The notes beneath the pieces are model-generated. The model did no database searches and was not told the DNA's origin. It saw only the letters and a program-made list of their open reading frames with translations. A stretch of 64,000 nucleotides of DNA from an uncultured Gemmatimonadales bacterium (GTDB lineage Bacteria > Gemmatimonadota > Gemmatimonadetes > Gemmatimonadales > GWC2-71-9), in the NCBI GenBank assembly GCA_963821525.1, contig CAWGED010000005.1, positions 704,001-768,000 on the forward strand. The letters are read 5' to 3'. A program made the translations under genes and the position numbers. This document shows positions 51,841 through 61,640 of this stretch, piece after piece (positions within the stretch are counted from its first letter, which is position 1; the number at the start of each line of letters is the position of its first letter).

Positions 51841-53127
51841 TCAGCTCCCATCATAGAAGTAGAACTGGAACCCGGCCTGGAGCCGGGTCGCATGATCCGA
51901 CGCTCCATCATTCTGTTCGTTGTCGCCATACAGGACCTCGAGACCCAGGCTGAAGACCGAGGTGGGTGAGTAAACCGCGTTGACGGAGAGATACTTGGTC
52001 TGGTGGAACGCGGTGGGACCTTGCCCAGCAGAGTTATCCACCTGAAGGATGCTCGCCACTACCTGCGAGCTCCACTTGTCATTCCAGAAGTGCTGAAATC
52101 CCACATACCCACCAAAGGCCGGCAAGGCCGTGATATCGCCCGCGCCATCCTGGGCGGCATCGAGGCCAAACCCTACCAAGTCGTTAATGTACCGGCCGAT
52201 GCCCTGCCCGTACATCCCGTCGAGCTGGAATACGTCTCTCGTGTTTTTCCCGAGGCCAATCACCGCGCTACCCTGAAGACCGAATCCGAAAGTGCGAGCC
52301 TGGGTATTGCCGTCATCGTATCCGATGTCCCGCAGCACCACACCGAGCTGGGCGTGGCCCCAGTCGGCTTCGTAGCGCGGGTGAAACGCGAGATCGGGGA
52401 GTGGGCTGACCGGAACGGCAGCACCCGGCAGGGTTACGTCGGAGCTGGGCTGCGCCAGCGCGATCTGAAAGGTCCACTTGTCGTTGATCGCCCTGGTGTA
52501 CTGGATCTCCGGCACGGTGATATAGGAGGCGGAATTCGGTCCCTCGAAGTCCACCGTGTTGGGGAACGCGTCGATGTCCATGAACGGACTGTACGTCTGG
52601 CCGACCAGGAGGTTTGCAGCCTGGACGTAGGCGTGTCGCAGATGCAGCGCGGTGGAGGTACCCGGACCGTAGAGATCGAACTCCAGATAGGCCCGCATCC
52701 GCCCCATGGCCGACGGGCGCCGGAGCTCAAAGCTCATCCGGGTCTGCCGCACATGCAGGTTGAAGTTCTTGGTATCGGGTCCACCACCGATGGGGATGGT
52801 TGAGGGCACGAACAAGTCAGCGGCGCCAGCGGGATCCAGGTCTCGGATCATGTCCAGGCGAACGTACCCCCCAAGCCTGAACTCGGCCCCACCGGTGCCG
52901 GGGAGCGTCACGAATCCCTTGGCGTCCGGGTTAAGCGGGATGTTGTCCACCCGGGGAGCCGCGACCTCTTTCTTGTCCATGCTCTCCCGTGGTTTCGTTG
53001 TCACCTTCTTGGTCGTGTCCTGCTGCGCCGACTTGATCGAGTCTTGCTTCACGTTCTCGGGTTGCTGGGCCCCGGCCGCGCGGCCAAGCATGACGGTCAG
53101 GGCAAAGGCGAATAGCAGGCGTTTCAC
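51841..53127 (-). CDS. DcaP-family trimeric outer-membrane porin
   Basis: Signal peptide, RLGGYVRLD, RQTR, LRHAY...LLVGQT.S.F.D, RLQAGFQFYF end. AAGGAG RBS. Confidence 0.82.
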   Translation of the reverse strand: MKRLLFAFALTVMLGRAAGAQQPENVKQDSIKSAQQDTTKKVTTKPRESMDKKEVAAPRVDNIPLNPDAKGFVTLPGTGGAEFRLGGYVRLDMIRDLDPAGAADLFVPSTIPIGGGPDTKNFNLHVRQTRMSFELRRPSAMGRMRAYLEFDLYGPGTSTALHLRHAYVQAANLLVGQTYSPFMDIDAFPNTVDFEGPNSASYITVPEIQYTRAINDKWTFQIALAQPSSDVTLPGAAVPVSPLPDLAFHPRYEADWGHAQLGVVLRDIGYDDGNTQARTFGFGLQGSAVIGLGKNTRDVFQLDGMYGQGIGRYINDLVGFGLDAAQDGAGDITALPAFGGYVGFQHFWNDKWSSQVVASILQVDNSAGQGPTAFHQTKYLSVNAVYSPTSVFSLGLEVLYGDNEQNDGASDHATRLQAGFQFYFYDGS

Positions 53128-53166
53128 GGTCAGTCTCCTTGCTGGCTCATCCATGGTGACTGGAGT

Positions 53167-54513
53167 TCACTGAGACACCGCTGAGGTTGCAAGCTCGGCG
53201 GCCTTTCGTTCAGCGGCAGCACGCATCGAACGGATGAAGAAGGGAAAAATCGGCACGGTGACGAGGACCAGGATCATCGCTCCTCGTGTGGTTTCGGAGT
53301 CGGCGCCGTAGATCGCCCAGAGACAATAGGTCGCGGCGGCCAGACCGATCACGATGGCGGCCCGCATCGTCTTCGCCGGCACTTTCTGCTGATAGCAGAC
53401 CTGCCAGAGCGCCACCGCGGAATAGAGGTAGGGCAGCACGACCAGGATCACCGCAAGGTTCACGATTGAGTCGAACTGGTTCGACAGGTTGGGCTGGAGG
53501 GTGAGCAGCACCACCACGGTCATGAGGACGCTCACCAGAATCAGGCCCTGCACAGGGACGCCTCGCCGATCCACGCGGGCGAAGATCCTGGGAAACATCC
53601 CGTCCTGAGCCGCAGCCTGGCTCGACTCGGCCACCACCAGCATCCAGCCGCCCAGGGCACCGGCCGTCTTGGCGATCGCACAGATGGCCACCCCGAGCAG
53701 AGCGACCCCGCCGAAGATGCGCGCTCCCGCCTCGGCGAAGGGCGCGTGCGACTGCTGGAGCTCCGCGTTGGGGATGAGCCCCATGATGACCGTGGAGCAT
53801 GAGACGTAGACCACGGCCGAGAGGGCGAGCCCTGCGAGCGTCGCGATGGGGACGTTACGCCGGGGGTTCTCTATGTTGGTCGCCGAGACGGCGGCACTCT
53901 CGATTCCCATGAATGCCCAGAGCGCGATAGATGCGGCGCGGGATGCGGCGTGGAAATCGGACTTGCCCGTCACGTTCCAGGCCTCTTTGAACAACGAGGG
54001 CTCGAACCAGAACCACCCGACCGTCGCGATCCCGAGGATCGGGATCAGGGCCAGCGATAAGGTCCAGGTTTCGAACCGCCCTACGAACTTGGGGCCGATC
54101 ATGTTCACCACCGTGAGCAGCCAGATCACCGCGATGGTTCCCACTGTGCTTCCCGGACGATGGCCCATCCAGGGGATGAACGCCGCGAGATAGCCGGTCG
54201 TGGAGACCGCGATTGCCACGTTGCCCATCCAGTTCGCCAGCCAGTACACGGCGTTGGTCTGGAAGCCGATGTAGGGACCGAGCGCATCCTTGGCGTAGAC
54301 GTAAGGACCGCCCAGCACCGGCTTGAGTTCGCCCAGTTTGGCAAACACGAGCCCGAGCGCGCCGGCTCCCAGTGTGGCAATGACCCATCCGTAGATGGAC
54401 ACACTGCCCACCGTGGCCATGGTGACCGGCAACAGGAAGATCCCTGTGCCGATGATGTTGCCGGCCACCAGCATCGTCGCCCCGAGGAGCGACATCTTGT
54501 GGCCCTCGGCCAT
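53167..54513 (-). CDS. APC basic amino acid/polyamine antiporter (AdiC/CadB-like)
   Basis: GNIIGTGIFLLP, GGPYVY, LWAFMGIESA, ENPRRNVP.AT. Confidence 0.9.
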   Translation of the reverse strand: MAEGHKMSLLGATMLVAGNIIGTGIFLLPVTMATVGSVSIYGWVIATLGAGALGLVFAKLGELKPVLGGPYVYAKDALGPYIGFQTNAVYWLANWMGNVAIAVSTTGYLAAFIPWMGHRPGSTVGTIAVIWLLTVVNMIGPKFVGRFETWTLSLALIPILGIATVGWFWFEPSLFKEAWNVTGKSDFHAASRAASIALWAFMGIESAAVSATNIENPRRNVPIATLAGLALSAVVYVSCSTVIMGLIPNAELQQSHAPFAEAGARIFGGVALLGVAICAIAKTAGALGGWMLVVAESSQAAAQDGMFPRIFARVDRRGVPVQGLILVSVLMTVVVLLTLQPNLSNQFDSIVNLAVILVVLPYLYSAVALWQVCYQQKVPAKTMRAAIVIGLAAATYCLWAIYGADSETTRGAMILVLVTVPIFPFFIRSMRAAAERKAAELATSAVSQ

Positions 54514-54518
54514 GCCAC

Positions 54519-56828
54519 TCACTTCTTGCGAGCGCCTTTCAGGCACTGCAGCCAGAGCGTGCCGTCCCGGTTCTCGGCCCCGTGGGTATCGTGCCCGAAG
54601 CCGGGGAAGGTGGCGTCCCACGACTGCAAGGCACGGAGGTAGTTCAGGTACGGCCCGTCATTGGCTCCGGTGTACTCCCCGGCCATCAGCATGGGAATGC
54701 CCGGGGGATAAGGTGCCACCGCGGTCGCCACGACGCGGTTCGCGGCCTTCTCGAGCGGGACGTGCTCGATCTGGCCCCGCACCAGGAGGTCGTAGGCGTC
54801 GGACGGTATCATCTCCACATCTGGCAGGGTGGAGAACGCCTTGGCCAGCCACTCGGTCTGCTTCGACTTCTTCAAGTGGGCGAACATCTGGTCCGACAGG
54901 TCACGCAGTCCGAGCGTGCGGTAGGTGTCGGGATAGTCGTTGGCGAGTGCCGGAAGGACCTCGGAGATCGGGGCGTTCCGGTCGTAGTCCCGTTTGAACT
55001 CGAGCAGGATGTTGAGCAGCGTTCCCCACTTGCCCTTGGTGATCCCGATCGAGAACAGGAAGAGCACGGTGAAGTCGGTGGTCTTCTCGACCTCGACGCC
55101 GCGAGAAGACAGGTATTTGGTCACCAGGGTGGCCGGAATACCCTTCGAGTCGAGGCCGCCCTTGTTGCTCACGCCCGGGGTCACGACCGACACCTTGATC
55201 GGATCCAGCATGCAGTAGCCGTCTTCCAGGTCCTCGAACCCGTGCCAGTTGTCGCCGGGGTGGAGCACCCAGCATTCCGGATCGGTGGCGAGCTGCGACG
55301 GCGCGGCTTCGTGGAAGGGGATCTTCTTCCCCGTCTTCTGGTCCTTCACCTGGTCGGCGTTCCAGGTGTTGAAGAACCACTCGCCATCCTTGGCGAACTG
55401 GCGGTTGACCCGGCCCATGGTCTGCCGGAACGCGACCGCTTCTTCGATGGATTCCGTAGTGAGTGCGACTCCGCCGGGACCGTCCATCATCGCCGCGCAG
55501 ATGTCGTTCGACGCGATGATCGTGTACAGCGGCGAGGTGGAGGCGTGCATCATGAACGCCTCGTTGAACCGGTCGTGCGGAATGGCGCCGCGGCCATCGC
55601 GCATGTGGAGCAGGGAAGCCTGCGACAGCGCCGCCAGGAGCTTGTGGGTCGAATGGCCGGCGAAGAGCGTCGGTCCCTTGGGGTCGTGGTCGGCCGGGTC
55701 GCCCGACATCGCGTGCCGGTCCCGGTAGATCGGATTGAATCGGGCGTAGGCGTACCAGGCCTCGTCGAAATGGATCCGGTCCACGGTAGGATCGAGCAGC
55801 TCGACCACCCGCTTCGCGTTGTAGCAGAGGCCGTCGTACGTCGAGTTGGTGATGACGGCATGCACCGGCCGGAGGTCGGTCTGCTTCGTCACCAGCGGGT
55901 TCTTCTTGATCTGGGCGGCCAGGGCCGCCTTGGTGAGCTTGTCGGGATGAATCGGGCCGATGAGTCCGTAGCGGTTCCTGAGCGGCACCAGGTAGTTGGG
56001 CACCGCGCCGGTCATGACCAGTCCGTGCTCGATGGACTTGTGGCAGTTCCGGTCGCACAAGGCGATCTGCCCGCGCCCTACCGCCGCGTGGAAGATCACC
56101 CGGTTCGAGGTCGACGTCCCGTTGGTGACACAATAGCTGCGGTGGGAGCCGAAGACTCGCGCGGCATAGCGCTCATGCGCACCGATCGGGCCGGTATGAT
56201 CGAGCAGCGATCCCAGCTGACCAACACTGATTGAAAGGTCGGTGCGGAGCAGGTTCTCCCCGTAGAACTCGTAGAAGATCCGTCCGACCGGAGACTTGAG
56301 AAACGCGGTGCCGCCGGCGTGACCCGGGGTGTGCCAGGAGTACTCGTACTCCCGGGTAAAGTTGATGAGCCCCCGCGCCATCGGCGGGATCACCGCCTGG
56401 CCGTAGCGCCGGATCGCCGCTTCGACCCGCCCGCCGATGAATGCCGCGGTGTCCTGCAGCATCCAGATGAACTCGTCCACCATCTCCATCACATCGATGG
56501 GAATGGATGCGGCCGCGTCCCGCTCCGCCGTCAGAAAGATCGGGATCTTGGCGTTACGCGACCGGATCAGGCGAAGCAGATCGATTGCGCCGGCGTGATC
56601 CTTGTCGCCATCCAGGTCCCAATCGAGGAGGACGGCGTGAATCGCCGAGTCGGAGGAAATCACGGCATTGCCGTCCTCCGCGGAGGCTGCCTCGACGACG
56701 CCGATATCCCGGCTGGCCAGCTCCTCGATCAGAGCCTGGGCCGCGCGCCCGGCCGCCGAAGCCTCGCCGATCTCATCATCCACCATGAGGGCGCGGATCT
56801 GCACCCTCCTCGATGTGCGTTCTAACAT
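54519..56828 (-). CDS. Wing-domain PLP-dependent Arg/Lys/Orn decarboxylase (AdiA/Ldc-like)
   Basis: CheY-like wing, SWHTPGH.GG, DRNCHKS, NSTYDG, HFDEAW, HSTHK (PLP Lys), PYPPGIP. Confidence 0.93.
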   Translation of the reverse strand: MLERTSRRVQIRALMVDDEIGEASAAGRAAQALIEELASRDIGVVEAASAEDGNAVISSDSAIHAVLLDWDLDGDKDHAGAIDLLRLIRSRNAKIPIFLTAERDAAASIPIDVMEMVDEFIWMLQDTAAFIGGRVEAAIRRYGQAVIPPMARGLINFTREYEYSWHTPGHAGGTAFLKSPVGRIFYEFYGENLLRTDLSISVGQLGSLLDHTGPIGAHERYAARVFGSHRSYCVTNGTSTSNRVIFHAAVGRGQIALCDRNCHKSIEHGLVMTGAVPNYLVPLRNRYGLIGPIHPDKLTKAALAAQIKKNPLVTKQTDLRPVHAVITNSTYDGLCYNAKRVVELLDPTVDRIHFDEAWYAYARFNPIYRDRHAMSGDPADHDPKGPTLFAGHSTHKLLAALSQASLLHMRDGRGAIPHDRFNEAFMMHASTSPLYTIIASNDICAAMMDGPGGVALTTESIEEAVAFRQTMGRVNRQFAKDGEWFFNTWNADQVKDQKTGKKIPFHEAAPSQLATDPECWVLHPGDNWHGFEDLEDGYCMLDPIKVSVVTPGVSNKGGLDSKGIPATLVTKYLSSRGVEVEKTTDFTVLFLFSIGITKGKWGTLLNILLEFKRDYDRNAPISEVLPALANDYPDTYRTLGLRDLSDQMFAHLKKSKQTEWLAKAFSTLPDVEMIPSDAYDLLVRGQIEHVPLEKAANRVVATAVAPYPPGIPMLMAGEYTGANDGPYLNYLRALQSWDATFPGFGHDTHGAENRDGTLWLQCLKGARKK

Positions 56829-56849
56829 CGTGATCCCTTTCTCCCGCTG

Positions 56850-57831
56850 CTATTCAGGCAGCGTAATCCACTGGTAAAATGTCTTTGCCTTGTCATCCGG
56901 AGCCCCGAAATCCTTGGTGTACTCGCTGACCAGGTCCCCGGAGCGATAGAGATTGCTGAGGCCGCGATCCACCGCGAGGCGGAAGTCCTCGTCGCCCTTC
57001 TGGAGGGCGAGTCTCAGCGACTCGTAGGTGAAATAGCGATCCAGTATGACCCACCAGCGCGCCAGGTCACCGGTCGAATTGCGTTTCATCGCGTCGAGCA
57101 GGACGGCCCGATCGGTGAAGAAGACGTCGGCCTCCCGGTCGTGCACCGCCTTGATCCCCGCGTCGAAGCTCGGAACCGGTACTACGATGGCGGTGAGGTT
57201 GAACTCCTTGAGTTTGCCGTGGAGCCACGACTCCGAGGTGGTCCCCGAGACCACGGCGAACTTCTGGGCCTGGAGAAGTCGCGCCGGCCGACGCGCGCCA
57301 TGTGGGACTCGACTGCGGACGTCCATTCAGGATCTCGCGCAGCCGCTGGGGAGCGTCGGTGCGCAACAGCGCGCCGATGCCACCCGGGAAGACCGGGATC
57401 GAGAAATCCACGTCCTGTCGCCTGCTCAATGTTTCGGTGTCTGCTCCGCACAGGAGATCCACCTTGCCCTCTTTCACCGCGTTGAAACGATCGGCGAGCG
57501 TGAGCTCCACCCATTCCACTTTGACTCCGGCCACGTTCGGCTGGGCCGACACCGCATCCGCGAGTTTCTGGCAGACCGCGACCGAGAACCCCGCGGGGTT
57601 GCCGGACTCGTCCTTGTAGGAATACGGCCGGGCGTCGCTGAGGTAGCCGAGCCTGATCTTGCCCGCGGTTTTGATCCGCTCCAGCGTGGTGGTGCCGGTC
57701 TGGGTCGTTGGCTTCATGCGTGGCGTCTGGGCCTGCGCTGCCACGGTAAGTGTCACGATCAAGGTGCCTAGGGCGCTGGCCAGGAACCGGGTCCGATGCC
57801 CGCGCGGGGTCACCCATCCTGCTGAGTGCAT
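56850..57831 (-). CDS. Amino acid ABC-type substrate-binding protein, family 3 (frameshift near 57280)
   Basis: TLERIK..GKIRLGY....PYSY, R.NAV.EGKVDLLCG...TLSRRQ.VDFS.P; C-terminal DVFFTDRAVL. Confidence 0.85.
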
Positions 57832-57866
57832 AACCCTTCTCCTTTCGACGGTGTCGGTCTCGGGTT

Positions 57867-59204
57867 TCACGCGGCTTTCGCGGACTTGGAGCCCGCCGTG
57901 GTCGCAGATGTGAAGCGGGGCGCGATGAATCCCCAGATGACGTAGGCAACACCCAGGACCAGCATCCCTCCCATGACCGCATCCTTGCCGGATGCCCAGA
58001 GGGCGTAGACGCTGTAGAGCATCGCGACCAGCGCGATCGCCGCGTTGCGGCGGAAGATTCCCGGGCTGACATTTGCCGATCGCATCATCACGATCAGGGC
58101 CGACAGGCTCACCACGTAGGGCACCACGTTGGTGACCACTGCCAGATTCACCAGGGCGCTGAACTGCTCGCTCAGGCTGGGCGAGATCGTGGTCAGTGCG
58201 AGCACGGACTGTACGACGCCCAGCACGATCATGCCGGTGATCGGCGCTCCCAGCTTGTTCACCTTCGAGAAGAAGGCGGGGAACATCCGCTCGTCGGCCG
58301 CGGATTTCCCGGTCGTGGCGATGGTGAACTGCCATCCCAGGAGAGAGCCGAGGCACGCGATCACTGCCAGTCCCATGACGATGGAGCCGATGGTCGGGTT
58401 GAACATGTGGGCATAGGCCAGACCGAAGGGGCCGGTCGACTTCGCCAGCTCGTCATTGGGCACGATGCCCTGAATCACCGTGGTGGAGAGGATGTAGATC
58501 ACCGCGGCGCCGAGAGTACCAAACAGGCAGGCCAGCGGCACATCCCGCTTGGGGTTCTCCACCGCGGCCGAATTCTGTGCCGCCGATTCCATCCCCAGGA
58601 ACGCCCATAGCGTCAGCGAGATACTCGAGCCGACCCCTTCGCCGAGGCTGAGCCCATGGGGGTTCCAGGCAGCCTGGAACACATCGCTCTTGAACCAGAT
58701 CCAGCCGGCGAAGGAGAGGAACCCGACCGGCAGGATGACACCCCAGACCGTCACCGATCCGATCTTTCCGGTGATGGACGGGCCGCCGAAATTGGCGACG
58801 GTGGTGAGCCAGAGCAGGATGATTACCCCGATACACGTGGAGATCGGTGTCGAGGATAGCCAGGGCACGAAGGTCGCCAGGTACCCCACCGCCGAGATCG
58901 CGATCGCGACATTGCCGATCGCCAGCGAAAGGAAGTAGAGGAAGAACACCTGGAAATACCCGCTCTTGCCGTACGCATCCTCGGCGTAGGCCGCCATGCC
59001 GCCGGGCCGCTGGTTGAAGAGGCCGGCCTGGGCGAATCCGTAGGCGATGGCCATCGATCCCACCGCCGTGACGCCCCAGGAGAGCAGAGAGATCGCGCCC
59101 ACTTGGGCCATGTTGGCCGGTAGCATGATGATGCCGGAGCCCATCATGTTCACCGCGACGATGAACGTCAGCTGGACCACATTCATCTTCTTAGCTTCTT
59201 GCAC
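57867..59204 (-). CDS. potE: Putrescine-ornithine antiporter
   Basis: KMNVVQLTFIVAVNMMGSGIIMLP, TLWAFLGMESA, VNLAVVTNVVPY. GTG start. Confidence 0.9.
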   Translation of the reverse strand: MQEAKKMNVVQLTFIVAVNMMGSGIIMLPANMAQVGAISLLSWGVTAVGSMAIAYGFAQAGLFNQRPGGMAAYAEDAYGKSGYFQVFFLYFLSLAIGNVAIAISAVGYLATFVPWLSSTPISTCIGVIILLWLTTVANFGGPSITGKIGSVTVWGVILPVGFLSFAGWIWFKSDVFQAAWNPHGLSLGEGVGSSISLTLWAFLGMESAAQNSAAVENPKRDVPLACLFGTLGAAVIYILSTTVIQGIVPNDELAKSTGPFGLAYAHMFNPTIGSIVMGLAVIACLGSLLGWQFTIATTGKSAADERMFPAFFSKVNKLGAPITGMIVLGVVQSVLALTTISPSLSEQFSALVNLAVVTNVVPYVVSLSALIVMMRSANVSPGIFRRNAAIALVAMLYSVYALWASGKDAVMGGMLVLGVAYVIWGFIAPRFTSATTAGSKSAKAA

Positions 59205-61602
59205 GGTCTCCCCCCTTCTTCGGTGGCCGTCTCGAGTCTGACTCGCGGACCACGTAGGTGAAGAACTTGATGCGACCCTCGACCCGCTCCTGATACACGC
59301 CCTGGACTTCGTAGTTGAAGCCTGGAAAGCGGTTGAACGACTCCTGGAAGGCCATGAAGTACTCGAGCATGGGACGCGCCTTCTTGTCCCACCGCTCGCC
59401 TGGGACAATGACCCCGATGCCGGGTGGATAGATCAGGGCGAGTGTTGCAGCGATGCGGCCCTCGATCTGGTCCAGCGGTATGTAATCCACCTGGTTGGCA
59501 ACCAGCGCCTCGTAGGCCGCCTCGGGGGACATCGCGAGCTCCGGGAAGCTCGAGGCCCGGAAGCATTGTCGCTGGAGTTCCTTGATGTTCGCCTTCCGGT
59601 AGAAGGCGTGCATTTCGTTGCAGACTTTCCGCAGGGTGTATCCGGCGTAGCGCTCCTGGTTCGCGGCGTAGAGCGTCGGCAGCACGTCGTCGAGCGGCGC
59701 GTCGTCATCCCAAAGGTTCTTGAACTTGACCAGCTTGGCGAGGAGGGTATTCAGCTTGCTCTCATCCTCTGCCGGGGTCATGAGGAAAAGGATGCTGTTG
59801 AGGTCGCACTTCTCGGGCACGACCCGCTGTTCCCGCAGGTAGTTGGCGACCACCGTAGCGGGCACACCGAAATCGAGGTACTCGCCGGTTTTCCGGTCGA
59901 TACCCGGAGTCAGCAGGCTGAGCTTGTTCGGGTCGGCCATGACATAGCCGTCGGCGTAGCCCGAATACCCGTGCCACTTGCTCTTCGGATTGAAGTTCCA
60001 GCACTGCTGCTCCCGCTTGATGACCTCGGTCGGAAGATCCTCCCAGGCGACATCCTTCACGTCCTTGGTGAATTTCGAGCCCCGGATCGTCACCACGTCC
60101 GGCACGAACGGATCGAAGAACCACTTCTCCTCTTTGGTGCGCCCGGCCTTCTCGAAGTGGCGGCAGAAGTCCCGGCACTTCTTCCGCGCCTCGATGCCCA
60201 GCGCGATGCATCGGTCCCACAGCATCTCGCCGGCCAGGCCATCGTGCACCTTGGCATTCACATCCAGCGAGGCGAAGAGCGGATAGAAAGGGGAGGTGGA
60301 GGCGTTCATCATGAACGACTCGTTGAACCGCTTGTGCTCGAGGTAGCGCGGCTGTCCCCTGATGTGCTCGTCCCGCTTGTGGATCTGGGAGGCCTGGGAA
60401 AAGCCGGCGCCCTGCTTGTGCACCGATTGGGTCGAGAACAATCCCGGCATCTTGGGCCCCAGATCGGTGAGCCGCATCGGGCTGTGATCTTCGAACAACG
60501 GATGGAAGGCGTTGTAGCCGATCCAGGCCTCGTCCCACAGGACGTAGTCGCACAGATGCCCGATCTTCTCGAGGACCAGTTTGGCGTTGTAGATCGTGCC
60601 GTCGTAGGTCGCGAGCTGGATGCAGGCCAGCCGGAAGGGGCGAGCGGCCTTATGGCGACTCTTGTCCGTCACCAGGGGGTTGGCGCGGATCTGCTCCCGG
60701 AGATAGTCCTCGTCCCACGCGTCCCAGTCGACGGCGCCGATCATGCCGAAGGAGTTCCGGGCAGTGGGGAGGAAGATCGGGATCGCCCCGGCCTGGACCA
60801 GCGCACCCTGATGCAGGGACTTGTGGTTGTTGCGGTCGAAGAGGACCAGGTCGCCTCGCCGCAGGACGGCGTTGGCGACCACCTTGTTGGAGGTGCTGGT
60901 CCCGTTCAGGACGAAGTAGGTCTTGTCTGCGCCGAAAACCTTCGCGGCATAGCGCTGGGCGGAGGCGGCCAGGCCCTCGTGGATCAGCAGATCGCCCAGC
61001 TCCACGTCGGCGTTGCAGAGGTCGTTGCGGAAGACCCCTTCGCCGAGGTGCTTGAAGAAGAGTTGGCCGGCGGGGGATTTCCGGTAGAACTGGCCGCCTT
61101 GGTGTCCCGGGCAGGCGAAGGTGATGTTGGCTTCGCTGTCGTAGGAAACCATCCCGCCGAAGAAGGGCGGCAACAGCGTCATCCCGTAGTCCACGATGCT
61201 TGCCAGGACCTGCTTGGCGTAGAAGGCCGGTGTCTGCTGGCCGAGGTAGATGTAGCCGTCCACCTCGCCGAGCTGGCCCGCGACCGCGACGTCGGAAATC
61301 CGGCTCGAATCGGCCAAGGCCCAGAGCGGGGTCTGGAAGCCGATGGACCTGACGGCCACCGCCAGTTTCCGGGCCCGCTCCCGGCGATCGCCGTCGATCA
61401 AGGCGATGTAGGCTCCGACCTCCGCGTCTTCCGATACATCGCGCTCGTAGTGGTCACTCACCTCGACCTCAAACTTCTCGGCCTCGAGGTACTCGAGCAG
61501 CTGCCGGGTTTGCGCGTCGTTCCCATCAACCAGCGCCACCACCTTGAGCAGGCGGTGGAACGGGATGGGAATCGTCGGTGTCTTAACCGTGAATTCGATC
61601 AT
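59191..61602 (-). CDS. speF: Ornithine decarboxylase (SpeF/SpeC-like)
   Basis: FACPGHQGG, DLCNADVELGDLLIHEG, DRNNHKS, QSVHKQ, PEKCDLNSILFL; adjacent to potE. Confidence 0.9.
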   Translation of the reverse strand: MIEFTVKTPTIPIPFHRLLKVVALVDGNDAQTRQLLEYLEAEKFEVEVSDHYERDVSEDAEVGAYIALIDGDRRERARKLAVAVRSIGFQTPLWALADSSRISDVAVAGQLGEVDGYIYLGQQTPAFYAKQVLASIVDYGMTLLPPFFGGMVSYDSEANITFACPGHQGGQFYRKSPAGQLFFKHLGEGVFRNDLCNADVELGDLLIHEGLAASAQRYAAKVFGADKTYFVLNGTSTSNKVVANAVLRRGDLVLFDRNNHKSLHQGALVQAGAIPIFLPTARNSFGMIGAVDWDAWDEDYLREQIRANPLVTDKSRHKAARPFRLACIQLATYDGTIYNAKLVLEKIGHLCDYVLWDEAWIGYNAFHPLFEDHSPMRLTDLGPKMPGLFSTQSVHKQGAGFSQASQIHKRDEHIRGQPRYLEHKRFNESFMMNASTSPFYPLFASLDVNAKVHDGLAGEMLWDRCIALGIEARKKCRDFCRHFEKAGRTKEEKWFFDPFVPDVVTIRGSKFTKDVKDVAWEDLPTEVIKREQQCWNFNPKSKWHGYSGYADGYVMADPNKLSLLTPGIDRKTGEYLDFGVPATVVANYLREQRVVPEKCDLNSILFLMTPAEDESKLNTLLAKLVKFKNLWDDDAPLDDVLPTLYAANQERYAGYTLRKVCNEMHAFYRKANIKELQRQCFRASSFPELAMSPEAAYEALVANQVDYIPLDQIEGRIAATLALIYPPGIGVIVPGERWDKKARPMLEYFMAFQESFNRFPGFNYEVQGVYQERVEGRIKFFTYVVRESDSRRPPKKGGDRARS

Positions 61603-61640
61603 GCTTATTCTCAGAGGTGACCAAGGCGTCGACCTCACCA

